Assembly (NCBI GenBank): GCA_036677065.1
Contig: JAKFBS010000001.1
Coordinates: 96,001-160,000, forward strand
DNA length: 64,000 bases
DNA from: Bdellovibrio sp.
GTDB taxonomy: Bacteria > Bdellovibrionota > Bdellovibrionia > Bdellovibrionales > Bdellovibrionaceae
Reading direction: 5' to 3'
In this document: positions 10,421-22,027 of the stretch, in pieces
Layout: every line of letters begins with the position of its first letter
Position numbering within the stretch: position 1 is the first letter of the stretch
Notes under the pieces: model-generated
Database searches by the model: none
The model's input: the letters and a program-made list of their open reading frames with translations, nothing else
Told to the model about the DNA's origin: nothing
Program-made: the position numbers and the translations under genes

Positions 10421-11203
10421 TTAGAACTCGAGCTTAAGTCCCATTCCAAGGCCAGAACTAGAAAGATTAGCTTCGCCATCATCAGAGCCTAAAGCTCCGA
10501 CAATTGGATCAGGCTCTGCATAAGCTGAATAACCTGAATAAAATATATCTAAATATGTGTTTTCTAAACCCGAAGAGCGCAACCCTTCTGTGGTCGTAGT
10601 TGGATCAATCCAATTTTCAATCCAGTTTAATTGCAACAACACGCCAAACTTATAGTGCGCATTTGGTTTGGCAATTAAGGTTTCAATCACATTGTCGCTG
10701 CCGGTAAAACTGTTTTCTTCCCACTCAAGTTGGTGAATTCCGCCTTGCGCGTAAGGAACAATCCATGGCTCTGAGGTTAAGTTATCTAAAGCAAAATTCA
10801 AATCAAGCTTTGTGATTCTAACGCTCGCGCCGTCCAGATTTTGCGCCTCATTGGCAAAACTACCTGCACCATAACCAAATAGCGCAGAGACTGAACCTAA
10901 AGCAAAATTATATTTAACGCCAATTTCTGCACCGATAACCGGAATCGATTCACCCTCAGAAATTTCTTCATAAGATTTATTTTGAATAACTGAAATGTGT
11001 TCTTCAGGAAAGTAGCGTTCATAATTAATTGAAAAGAGCGCACCAAAATCTTTACGGCGTTCTTTGTATGACGTTGATAAATCTTGGATGCTTTCAACGG
11101 TAATTTCATCGCCACGCAATGGGTCTGAATAATCTTGTGCGTTGGCATAGGCGCCAAAAATTGTAACTCCAAAAAAAAGAACAGCTCTTCTTAGATAACT
11201 CAT
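10421..11203 (-). CDS. Outer-membrane beta-barrel protein (possibly MXAN_2562-like)
   Basis: Signal peptide, alternating amphipathic strands, C-terminal GMGLKLEF beta-signal. Confidence 0.7.
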   Translation of the reverse strand: MSYLRRAVLFFGVTIFGAYANAQDYSDPLRGDEITVESIQDLSTSYKERRKDFGALFSINYERYFPEEHISVIQNKSYEEISEGESIPVIGAEIGVKYNFALGSVSALFGYGAGSFANEAQNLDGASVRITKLDLNFALDNLTSEPWIVPYAQGGIHQLEWEENSFTGSDNVIETLIAKPNAHYKFGVLLQLNWIENWIDPTTTTEGLRSSGLENTYLDIFYSGYSAYAEPDPIVGALGSDDGEANLSSSGLGMGLKLEF

Positions 11204-11391
11204 ACCTCTTCATTTTAGCTCTATTTGCTTATCGCTGTTTACAGTTTTGTGAATTAAGCTTGAATAGCCCTTATAATAGAGACCAAGGTTTTAAGACCTA
11301 CGTCTGTCAAAGTTATGTACAGTCATTACCTTATTACCCTGACAAATCTTGCTTATTTCGCATTTAAAGAGCCTCACGCATAATCACGGAC

Positions 11392-12471
11392 ATGAAACAC
11401 CCCAATTCATCAAAATTAAAAATGATTTTTGCAGTTCTTTTATCTACGCAAGCTATCGCCTCAATTGCGATCGCTGCGTCGGACGATATCACGATCAGTG
11501 CTGTCGGCGATGTCATGATGGGAACAAGTTATCCCTACGACTCTATGTTGCCTGCAGACAATGGTTTGGGATTATTTGATCCCGCAAAACAATGGATTCA
11601 AGCAGCTGATGTTCGTTTTGCAAATTTAGAAGGAACTCTCTTTGATGGCGAACCTCAAGAAGACGGCAAAAAACCAGGTCCAAATCGTTATTTATTTCGT
11701 ACACCAACAATCATGGGTAAGCGCTTAGTTGATGCGGGTTTTAATGTAATATCTTTAGCAAATAATCACGTAAATGATTTTGGTAAAGCCGGTGCTGAAT
11801 CGACTAAATCAACTTTAGCTACGCTAGGTTTGCAATATTCATCTAAAGCCGGAGAAGTGGCTTTATTGTCAGCCAAGGGTCATAAAATTGCGTTGATCGC
11901 AACTGACTTCTACAAAGGCCGCAGAAGCATTAATAGCCCACTTGCCATCTATGAAGAGATTCGCAAATTAAAGACTGCAGGTTATATCGTTTTAGTTTCT
12001 TCACACGTGGGCGGCGAAGGCTCGACAGAAGTTTCTTTAACTGGAAATGAAATGTATCTTGGCGAAAATCGCGGTGATTCAGTGAAGTTCGCAAGAACAG
12101 CCATTGATGCTGGTGCTGATTCAATCATTATGCATGGGCCGCATGTTCCACGTGCGATTGAACTTTATAAAAAGAAATTAATTATTTACAGCTTAGGAAA
12201 TTTTTTAACTGGGCAAGGAATCAACGTGAGCGGAACTTCTGGCCAAGCCCCTCTGATTCGTTACCAAATCAACGCCAATGGTGAATTTGTTGGCGGGCAG
12301 ATTGTTTCGTTTATTCAAAAAAGAAATCCTCAACGTATTGAACTTGATAAGAAGGCCGGGGCTCTTAAAACCATCTATACGATGACCCAAGACCAGCTGA
12401 GTGGCGGTGGTATCGATTTCGAAAAAAACGGCGTCTTTCGCCCATCGGATGGCAACGCATATCTTCCGTAG
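11392..12471 (+). CDS. CapA/PgsA-family metallophosphoesterase, exported
   Basis: AVGDVMMG, ANLEG, SLANNHVNDFG, HGPHV, YSLGNF motifs. Confidence 0.9.
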   Translation: MKHPNSSKLKMIFAVLLSTQAIASIAIAASDDITISAVGDVMMGTSYPYDSMLPADNGLGLFDPAKQWIQAADVRFANLEGTLFDGEPQEDGKKPGPNRYLFRTPTIMGKRLVDAGFNVISLANNHVNDFGKAGAESTKSTLATLGLQYSSKAGEVALLSAKGHKIALIATDFYKGRRSINSPLAIYEEIRKLKTAGYIVLVSSHVGGEGSTEVSLTGNEMYLGENRGDSVKFARTAIDAGADSIIMHGPHVPRAIELYKKKLIIYSLGNFLTGQGINVSGTSGQAPLIRYQINANGEFVGGQIVSFIQKRNPQRIELDKKAGALKTIYTMTQDQLSGGGIDFEKNGVFRPSDGNAYLP

Positions 12472-12482
12472 TTGTTTCACAT

Positions 12483-12517
12483 AAAAAAAGACCAAGGATT
12501 TTCGCCCTTGGTCTTTT
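12483..12517. terminator. Bidirectional intrinsic terminator between CapA gene and atpC
   Basis: AAAAGACCAAGG-N8-CCTTGGTCTTTT with A/T tracts on both sides, between convergent genes. Confidence 0.85.
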
Positions 12518-12539
12518 CAATTAGAAATTTAATTTCTTC

Positions 12540-12959
12540 TTAGTGGTGTCTGATGTTTTCGTTAACCAGATCAATACCCACCTGAGCTTTTTTAGCTTCG
12601 TTTAAAGTCTCTTCAAACTCAGCATCAGTTAACGATTCTTTTGTTAACTTAGCATTGGCTTCAGTAACTTTAGCTTTTGCAGCCTCTTCAGAGATCTCTT
12701 CTTTTAACTGAATTGATTCTGTAAGGATGTTTACGCCTTCAGGATTTACTTCGCAGTAACCAGAGCTGATAACGGCTTTAAAAACCGTACCAGTTTCTTT
12801 AACTTTGAATTTTAAAATCCCAGTGCCAAGGTTTGCAATCATCGGAACGTGCCCAGGTAAAATATCAACTTCACCTGAGATCGTCGGGATAACGGCTTCT
12901 GTGATCTCTTGATCAACAACAACCTTTTTTTCTGGAGTTAGTAAGTTTAGTTTAAACAT
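12540..12959 (-). CDS. atpC: ATP synthase F1 epsilon subunit
   Basis: LLTPEK, GEVDILPGHVPMI, ISSGYCEV; follows atpD. Confidence 0.95.
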   Translation of the reverse strand: MFKLNLLTPEKKVVVDQEITEAVIPTISGEVDILPGHVPMIANLGTGILKFKVKETGTVFKAVISSGYCEVNPEGVNILTESIQLKEEISEEAAKAKVTEANAKLTKESLTDAEFEETLNEAKKAQVGIDLVNENIRHH

Positions 12960-12962
12960 AAA

Positions 12963-15286
<2,324 letters not shown>

Positions 15287-15298
15287 CTTTGTCCCTGA

Positions 15299-16819
15299 CT
15301 ATTTAGTCGCTTGGAAAATAGCTTTGAATTCGTTAAGCGCGTTAACCATCTCTTTTTTATTATCATCAGAGATCGCTTTTTTAGCCACGATGTCTGTTAA
15401 TACTCCAGAGTATTTTTGCTTCATGAATTCAATCATTTCTTTTTCATAACGTTTAACATCAGTTTCAGGAATAGTATCAACATAACCATTTGAAGCTGCG
15501 AAAATCATTGCAGTTTGTTCTTCAACTTTTACTGGTTGGTATTGACCTTGTTTTAAAACTTCAACTAAACGACGACCACGAGCTAATTGGTTTTGCGAAG
15601 CTTTATCTAAGTCAGATGCGAAAGCTGCGAAAGCCTCTAACGCACGGAACTGAGCTAATTCTAATTTCATAGAACCGGCAACTTGCTTCATCGCTTTAAT
15701 CTGAGCGGCACCACCAACGCGCGATACTGATTTACCAACAGAAATTGCTGGACGGATACCTTTGTAGAATAAATCTGATTCTAAGAAGATCTGACCATCA
15801 GTGATCGAGATAACGTTTGTTGGGATGTACGCAGAGATATCGCCCGCTTGAGTTTCGATCATTGGTAATGCTGTTAATGAACCAGCACCAACTGCATCAG
15901 AAACTTTAGCTGCGCGCTCTAATAAACGGCTGTGTAAATAGAATACGTCGCCTGGGTAGGCTTCACGTCCTGGAGGACGACGTAATAATAATGACATTTG
16001 ACGGTAAGCTTGTGCTTGCTTAGTTAAATCATCATAAATGATTAATGCATGTTTACCAGAATCACGGAAGTATTCAGCCATTGCAGTACCAGTGTATGCA
16101 GATAAGTACTGCATAGGAGCTGGTTCAGAAGCTGAAGCTGTGATTACAGTAGTGTATTCCATCGCGCCAGCTTGACGTAATTTTTCAACAACTAATGATA
16201 CTGTAGATTGCTTTTGACCGATCGCTACGTAAAAGCAGTGAACGTTCTGACCTTTTTGATTGATAATAGTATCAATCGCAATAGTCGTTTTACCAGTTTG
16301 ACGGTCACCAATGATTAACTCACGTTGACCACGGCCAATTGGTACTAAGGCATCAATTGCTTTGATACCAGTTTGTAAAGGCTCATGAACCGATTTACGG
16401 TAAACGATGCCTGGAGCTTTTAATTCAACGATACGAGTCTCTTTAGCGTTTAAAGGACCTTTTCCATCTACTGGATTACCTAAAGCATCAACTACGCGGC
16501 CTAATAATTCAGGGCCTACAGGAACTGATACGATTTGTTTTGTACGTTTAACAGTATCGCCTTCTTTAATGTCGCGATCTTCCCCGAAGATAACCACACC
16601 CACTTGAGAAGCCTCAAGATTTAGGGCCATACCTTTTACGCCTGATGCGAATTCAACTAATTCACCGGCCATTACGTTTTCTAAACCATAAACGCGGGCA
16701 ACACCGTCACCTACAGAAAGCACGCTTCCTGCCTCAGCAACTTCTACAGTTTTATTATATTTAGAAATCTGTTCTTTTAGAATACGGCCAATTTCATCGG
16801 CTCTGATTTGGGTTTCCAT
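15299..16819 (-). CDS. atpA: ATP synthase F1 alpha subunit
   Basis: [33 protein letters not shown] at 16819. Confidence 0.99.
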   Translation of the reverse strand: METQIRADEIGRILKEQISKYNKTVEVAEAGSVLSVGDGVARVYGLENVMAGELVEFASGVKGMALNLEASQVGVVIFGEDRDIKEGDTVKRTKQIVSVPVGPELLGRVVDALGNPVDGKGPLNAKETRIVELKAPGIVYRKSVHEPLQTGIKAIDALVPIGRGQRELIIGDRQTGKTTIAIDTIINQKGQNVHCFYVAIGQKQSTVSLVVEKLRQAGAMEYTTVITASASEPAPMQYLSAYTGTAMAEYFRDSGKHALIIYDDLTKQAQAYRQMSLLLRRPPGREAYPGDVFYLHSRLLERAAKVSDAVGAGSLTALPMIETQAGDISAYIPTNVISITDGQIFLESDLFYKGIRPAISVGKSVSRVGGAAQIKAMKQVAGSMKLELAQFRALEAFAAFASDLDKASQNQLARGRRLVEVLKQGQYQPVKVEEQTAMIFAASNGYVDTIPETDVKRYEKEMIEFMKQKYSGVLTDIVAKKAISDDNKKEMVNALNEFKAIFQATK

Positions 16820-16822
16820 CAA

Positions 16823-17362
16823 TTATAGTCCTCTCTTAATTAAATCATCTTTTAAACTTTTTAAATGGGCTTGAGCTGAATCATCCATTGTCCAACCAGC
16901 TACTTCTACTTTGAAGCCTGCTACTAAACTTGGATTTTTTTCGAAAGTTAGTTCTACTTTTTTACCTAAAGCTTTTGAAGCCGTTGCCTCAGCTTGCTTT
17001 AAAAATTCAGCAGAAACTTCTTGAGCCGCAGATAATTTACCTTTTGTTATGCCAGCAGAAGCTTGCACTAAAAAGCTAAATTCTTTCGCGATATCTTTTA
17101 ATAAAGCAACGCGCTCGTTTTGTACTAATATAAGAATAAAGTTAAATGTTTCAGGAGTTACTTTTCCTTCAAGAGCCGCTTTTGCTACAGATAATTTATT
17201 GTCTGCTGTGTTGAACGGGCTTGTGAAAAACGCCACGACTTCGCCAGTGAAAATCTTAGTGATTTCGTTAAGCTGTTGACCAACTTCGCCGGCAGCACCT
17301 TTTTCGTAAGTGACGTCAAATAAAGACTTTGCGTATTTTTTTACTACGTTATTAGAACTCAT
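16823..17362 (-). CDS. atpH: ATP synthase delta subunit
   Basis: KKYAKSLF N-terminus, SLVAGFKVEV...DDS C-terminus; position in operon. Confidence 0.93.
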   Translation of the reverse strand: MSSNNVVKKYAKSLFDVTYEKGAAGEVGQQLNEITKIFTGEVVAFFTSPFNTADNKLSVAKAALEGKVTPETFNFILILVQNERVALLKDIAKEFSFLVQASAGITKGKLSAAQEVSAEFLKQAEATASKALGKKVELTFEKNPSLVAGFKVEVAGWTMDDSAQAHLKSLKDDLIKRGL

Positions 17363-17925
17363 GCTTTCACCTGTCCTAAATTTTGTAAAAACCCAGACTC
17401 AGATTTTTTTGTAACCGCATCAGCAGTGGCCTTAAGGCCTTGCTCTGTGATTGCCATAGATTGAGTGATGATTTTTTCACGAATTTGTGATTTTGCTTTT
17501 AACACTTCAGCATTGATAATTAGAGAGGTGTCTTCAACGATTTTTTTACCTTGCGCCTGAGAGTCAGTTACTAGCTTTTCTGCAGCCACCATTGCTTCTT
17601 TTTCGGCTTTAGCAATCGCTGTTGTTTCGCTTTTTTCAAGATCAGCAAGACGAGTTTTAATATCCTTTAATTCTGCTTCCGCTAATTTTAAAGCGGCTTC
17701 AGTTTTTTGTGCTTCTTCTAAGAACGCCGCCTGGCGCGCTGCGAATGCTGCGGGAATTGATTTTCTTAATAAGAAAATCAGCGCAGCAAGTAAAATACCT
17801 ATGTTGATTGCTTGATTGCGAATATCTGTCCAAGGAATATGGCTGTCGTCATGTGCGCCGCCGCCACTAGCCGCCAATGCAGATGCAGACAATAATAGTG
17901 TGATTGTAAATAATAGTGCTTTCAT
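17359..17925 (-). CDS. atpF: ATP synthase Fo subunit b with signal-peptide-like N-terminus
   Basis: One TM (AINIGILLAALIFLL) plus long Ala/Glu/Lys coiled coil, upstream of atpH. Confidence 0.88.
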   Translation of the reverse strand: MKALLFTITLLLSASALAASGGGAHDDSHIPWTDIRNQAINIGILLAALIFLLRKSIPAAFAARQAAFLEEAQKTEAALKLAEAELKDIKTRLADLEKSETTAIAKAEKEAMVAAEKLVTDSQAQGKKIVEDTSLIINAEVLKAKSQIREKIITQSMAITEQGLKATADAVTKKSESGFLQNLGQVKA

Positions 17926-17927
17926 TC

Positions 17928-18365
17928 TTATAACCCTTGCTCAAATTTGCCAGTTAGGGTTTGAGCGATATCAGAAGAAATTTTAGCAATTTCGCCATCA
18001 GCGGCCTTCATCTGATCGTCGATATTTTTGCGAGCTTTTGTTGCCGCTTCATCCGCTTGAATTTTTGCTTGAGAAATAATGTCGGCTGATTTTTTTAATG
18101 CTTTATTTTTTTCAGCATCAAAAATATCGCGAATTTTATTATTCACTTCGCGGGCTTTAGTTTGATAAACCAATTGCAAATTTTTAGCTTCAGCTGCTGC
18201 ATCTTTTGCTACAGCGTCTGCGCCTTTAGTTTTTTGAAAGCGTTTATCGGCGGCTTTAAAATATGGGCCATAAACTACCGTCGTTAAAAACGTAATCGCT
18301 ACAATAAAAATAACGACTTGAATGTACGCGGTCGTATTAGCTCCTAATTGGAGGAGGATCTGCAT
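17928..18365 (-). CDS. atpF: ATP synthase Fo subunit b'
   Basis: N-terminal TM, YGPY, coiled coil; ATG at 18365 more likely than track start 18422. Confidence 0.85.
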   Translation of the reverse strand: MQILLQLGANTTAYIQVVIFIVAITFLTTVVYGPYFKAADKRFQKTKGADAVAKDAAAEAKNLQLVYQTKAREVNNKIRDIFDAEKNKALKKSADIISQAKIQADEAATKARKNIDDQMKAADGEIAKISSDIAQTLTGKFEQGL

Positions 18366-18502
18366 AACGATCTCACCAATTTTTGAGAAAATTTCCATAG
18401 GCATCCTTATGTTAGAAAACACCTTGGAATAGCATTGTATTTAATTTGAGGTCAACATTTAAGAGCCAAGTGGGTTTTTGCAAGGCAAGTTGAAAATTAA
18501 AT

Positions 18503-18535
18503 AGCTTCCGCTTTATTTTCAGACAGGCGGAAGCT
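18503..18535 (-). terminator. Hairpin after parA-parB-bactofilin, possible terminator
   Basis: AGCTTCCGC / GCGGAAGCT stem; T-rich downstream on - strand. Confidence 0.5.
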
Positions 18536-18545
18536 TTGGCAGATT

Positions 18546-18875
18546 TTATGTTTTCGGAATATATGAGGCGCCTTCGAAAACAACGCCTTCTTCGATTTTC
18601 AGACTGGGTGCCGTTACCGTGCCTCTAAAATGAGCTGGCGGCAACATGATCACTTTTACGTGTGCCGTAATATTGCCTTCAAAAGTGCCTTTTACGGTAA
18701 TGCTGCCAACTTCAACATCGGCCTTTACGAAGCCCGTTTCAGTGATTATTAATTCATCACGCGAAAAAATTTCTCCATTAAACTGGCCCGAAATTTTTGC
18801 TGTGCCACTGAAAGACATACGCCCCTCGATGGCGCAGCCTTCTTCAACAATAGCTGATATAGAGTGTTGATCCAT
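18546..18875 (-). CDS. Bactofilin (polymer-forming cytoskeletal protein)
   Basis: IEGRM-SFSGTAKISGQFNGEI...GTVTAPSLKIEEGVVFEG beta-solenoid repeats; start overlaps parB stop. Confidence 0.92.
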   Translation of the reverse strand: MDQHSISAIVEEGCAIEGRMSFSGTAKISGQFNGEIFSRDELIITETGFVKADVEVGSITVKGTFEGNITAHVKVIMLPPAHFRGTVTAPSLKIEEGVVFEGASYIPKT

Positions 18876-19876
18876 TATTCAGTTAATCTTTCGTAGATAC
18901 TATTAAGTTGCTCATCCGAATAGAAGTGAATCGTTAACTCGCCCTTACCTTTTTTGTAAGAGATTGTTGTTTTTGTACCTAAGGCTTTTTGAACTTGCGC
19001 AGCCAATTGTTGCGCAAGTTTTTCTGGCATATCTAATTCTTTGATTTTTGCATCAGAAGATTCGTCTTTATGGCCGCCAGATTTTAAAAGTTGTTCTAAA
19101 GCACGAACCGAAAGGCCTTTTGCTTGAACGGCTTTTGCTAAGCGCATTTGCTCTGGTTTTCCGTCTACCGAAAGAATTACTTTGGCGTGTCCTACTGAAA
19201 TCATTTTATCAGCGATCATATTTTTGATTTCAAACGGCAATACCAATAGACGTAAGGCATTGGCTACAGAAGATCTTTCTTTTCCAACTTTTTCAGCCAC
19301 TTGTTGTTGAGACAGACTAAACTCTTCCATTAAACGCTGATAACTTTCAGCCTCATCAATAGGATCTAAATCTTCCCGCTGAATATTTTCAATTAAGGCC
19401 AGCTGAAGCGCTTCTTGATCGGTGAAGGTCTTAATTAATGCTGGAATCTCATGTAGGCCCGCGATTTGAGCCGCTCTCCAGCGACGTTCGCCGGCTACGA
19501 TTTCAAAACCGCCCGCTTGGCGCTTGCGAACTACGATTGGCTGTAGAATTCCGTTTTCTTTGATCGATTGAGCTAGTTCATTTAATTGTTCTTTTTCAAA
19601 CTTTTTACGCGGCTGATATTGGCCGGGAACAAGTTTATCTACGGCTATAGACCATATTCTTTTGTCTTCATCGATTTTTTGTTCAACAATTTTTTCTACG
19701 ATTTTCTCTACAACAACTTGTCTTGGCTCTTGGTTAACCACAGACTTTGGTTGAGTAGTCGCTCCGGCAGGACGCGCTTGTTGTTGTGATGTGGGCTGTT
19801 CTACGGCTCCGCCCAAAAGCGAACCCAAGCCGCGGCCTAAACGTTTTTTGTTTGAATTTTCTGTATTATTTTCCAT
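18875..19876 (-). CDS. parB: Chromosome partitioning protein ParB
   Basis: LGRGLGSLL ParA-binding tail, YQPRK, VAGERRWRAA, ENIQREDL, HTH. Confidence 0.98.
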   Translation of the reverse strand: MENNTENSNKKRLGRGLGSLLGGAVEQPTSQQQARPAGATTQPKSVVNQEPRQVVVEKIVEKIVEQKIDEDKRIWSIAVDKLVPGQYQPRKKFEKEQLNELAQSIKENGILQPIVVRKRQAGGFEIVAGERRWRAAQIAGLHEIPALIKTFTDQEALQLALIENIQREDLDPIDEAESYQRLMEEFSLSQQQVAEKVGKERSSVANALRLLVLPFEIKNMIADKMISVGHAKVILSVDGKPEQMRLAKAVQAKGLSVRALEQLLKSGGHKDESSDAKIKELDMPEKLAQQLAAQVQKALGTKTTISYKKGKGELTIHFYSDEQLNSIYERLTE

Positions 19877-19879
19877 ATG

Positions 19880-20689
19880 TTACAGCTCTTGACTTGGTTG
19901 TTTGTTTTGTTCTAAAACTTCGGTTTTGCGTTTGGCGATGATCTCTTTGCCTAATTCTAGGTACATAAGTGCGCCAATACTTCTTGGGTCGTAACCAAAA
20001 ATAGAGACTCCATGGCTAGGCGCCTCGGATAGGCGAACATTTCTTGGAATGATTACGCCAAACACTTTATCTTTAAAATGAGTTTTAATTTCTTCAACCA
20101 CCTGGTGGCTTAAGTTATTGCGCTTATCAAACATCGTTAAAAGGATGCCTTCAATGTGCAGGTTCGGGTTGATGCCCTTTTTAACTAATCCCGCAGTATT
20201 TAATAGTTGAGATAAGCCTTCTAGGGCGTAGTACTCGCACTGAAGCGGAACTAAAAAGCTATTGGCCGCCGCCAATGAGTTTAAAGTGAGTAGTCCAAGA
20301 GATGGTGGGCAATCAATAATAACGTAGTCATACTGGTGAGAAACCGTCTGGATAGCCTGTTTTAGGCGAAATTCACGCTGTGGCATATCCACAAGTTCGA
20401 TTTCGGCGCCCACAAGATCGGGATTCGCAGTGGCAATATGTAAATTGTCGTGATTGGCTCTAAAAACGACCTCAGACAGCGTGCTTTCGCCGATTAAAAC
20501 GTGATAGATATTCTTTTCTTCAGTTTCGTGCTTCTTAATGCCTAATCCGCTTGAAGCATTTCCCTGGGGATCCATATCCACAACCAATACTTTTTTGCCT
20601 AATTGAGCTAATGCTGACGATAAATTCACTGTAGTAGTGGTTTTTCCCACTCCGCCCTTTTGATTGGCTACGCAAATGACTTTAACCAT
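19880..20689 (-). CDS. parA: Chromosome partitioning ATPase ParA/Soj
   Basis: NQKGGVGKTT, DMDPQGN, DCPPSLG, QCEYYALEG; GGAGGA RBS before ATG 20689. Confidence 0.98.
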   Translation of the reverse strand: MVKVICVANQKGGVGKTTTTVNLSSALAQLGKKVLVVDMDPQGNASSGLGIKKHETEEKNIYHVLIGESTLSEVVFRANHDNLHIATANPDLVGAEIELVDMPQREFRLKQAIQTVSHQYDYVIIDCPPSLGLLTLNSLAAANSFLVPLQCEYYALEGLSQLLNTAGLVKKGINPNLHIEGILLTMFDKRNNLSHQVVEEIKTHFKDKVFGVIIPRNVRLSEAPSHGVSIFGYDPRSIGALMYLELGKEIIAKRKTEVLEQNKQPSQEL

Positions 20690-20709
20690 GATGTTTTCCT
20701 CCAAAGAAA

Positions 20710-20725
20710 TGTTCTACGTGGAACA
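20710..20725. promoter_or_regulatory. parS site 1
   Basis: TGTTCTACGTGGAACA, one mismatch from palindromic parS TGTTCCACGTGGAACA. Confidence 0.88.
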
Positions 20726-20796
20726 ATGTGAATATCCTGTCCCCCACACCTATTCTTTACAAGAAAATACTTTAGTGCCGCACTATTTAATCCGAT

Positions 20797-20812
20797 TGTT
20801 CTACGTGGAACA
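20797..20812. promoter_or_regulatory. parS site 2
   Basis: TGTTCTACGTGGAACA, identical to site 1. Confidence 0.88.
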
Positions 20813-20813
20813 T

Positions 20814-21341
20814 ATGCAAAAACCAATAAAACTCCTTATTTTTACGCTTCTGCTGGTCAGTTTGGTAAGTTGTAATAAGCGCGATCCAAATCCAGAAAAT
20901 AAAGATGCTGTTTTTGCCCAATTAAATAAAGATCTAGCCGAAGCAAAGGTCGCACTCGCTTATGTCGCTGATTATATTAATACAAACAAACTAGATCTGG
21001 AGACTGCCATTCCACAGTCGGGTGAACAGCCGGTTTATGTGAAAAGAATTAATGAGGGACTAAATGCACAGACATATGCCGCACAACAGGTGCGCGCATA
21101 TGAAGTTCGCATCGAAGAGCGAAAATTATATGTTCAGCGTCGTTATTTAGAGAGTCTTACGCCGAATGGCAGAAAATGGCCCGAAGAGGGCGAGGCAGAG
21201 GCCGAACTATTGAAACTTCAGATGCTTCGGGAAAAAGTCGCGCGTGTGAAGAACACTTTACCAAAAGTCGAAGATAAAAATGTTCCACGTGGAACAACCG
21301 ATGGCAAAACTCCGGCAGCGGCGCCCGCAAGTTCTCATTAA
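20814..21341 (+). CDS. Hypothetical lipoprotein (coiled-coil)
   Basis: ATG 20814 gives MQKPIKLLIFTLLLVSLVSC lipobox; helical body. Confidence 0.75.
   Translation: MQKPIKLLIFTLLLVSLVSCNKRDPNPENKDAVFAQLNKDLAEAKVALAYVADYINTNKLDLETAIPQSGEQPVYVKRINEGLNAQTYAAQQVRAYEVRIEERKLYVQRRYLESLTPNGRKWPEEGEAEAELLKLQMLREKVARVKNTLPKVEDKNVPRGTTDGKTPAAAPASSH
21281..21296. promoter_or_regulatory. parS site 3 (perfect, intragenic)
   Basis: TGTTCCACGTGGAACA perfect palindrome. Confidence 0.93.
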
Positions 21342-21356
21342 CAAAGTAATTTAAAA

Positions 21357-22007
21357 TTAAGCGATCTTTGTAGCCGCAACAACATAAAAGCTAGAATCTG
21401 TTGTCGGAAGTTTATATTCATGAAAAAGTTTAGGCGACCAGATAGAACAAAGCTGTGTTGGCACCTCAGAAATTTCTATTGGCCAATCCGAAGCTTTCAT
21501 AAAATACATTACACCATTAACTTTAAAAGATTTTCGTAAAGCCAAAAATGCTTTTGATAAAGTAGTGTACCCACGGCAAATTGCTTGCTCGATCGAATCC
21601 TCTTCAAGAGTTTCTGCAGCCAACGGAATAACAAAAATATTTTTTGCTCCCGTGAGCGCGATAACCTTTTTTAAGAAGTCACATCGACGTTGGTCTGAGT
21701 CCACAAGGTGCACGCGAACGTCAGGATAGGCCAATCCGATGACCATTCCTGGAAAACCATTGCCTGATGCTATGTCATATAAGGGTTCGTTTTTATTGAT
21801 GTTTTTGTAAACTGGCTCGAACGCTAGGAGTGCATCTGAGAAGTGAACTAGGTCTGCATGGGGAAGCGATTTTTCTGAAACTAAATTCAAACTTTTATTC
21901 GCTTTAATAAGTTCTTGGTTAAATAGACTAAGCTTATCAATCGCATTTTGCGGAAGTTTTGGAAACCATTTTGCTAAGCGCCAGTTTACTTGCAATTCAG
22001 AACTCAT
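21357..22007 (-). CDS. rsmG: 16S rRNA m7G527 methyltransferase
   Basis: NLVS...HFSDAL, DIASGNGFPG SAM motif; follows mnmG. Confidence 0.92.
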   Translation of the reverse strand: MSSELQVNWRLAKWFPKLPQNAIDKLSLFNQELIKANKSLNLVSEKSLPHADLVHFSDALLAFEPVYKNINKNEPLYDIASGNGFPGMVIGLAYPDVRVHLVDSDQRRCDFLKKVIALTGAKNIFVIPLAAETLEEDSIEQAICRGYTTLSKAFLALRKSFKVNGVMYFMKASDWPIEISEVPTQLCSIWSPKLFHEYKLPTTDSSFYVVAATKIA

Positions 22008-22027
22008 AATATATAGACCCTCTCAAA

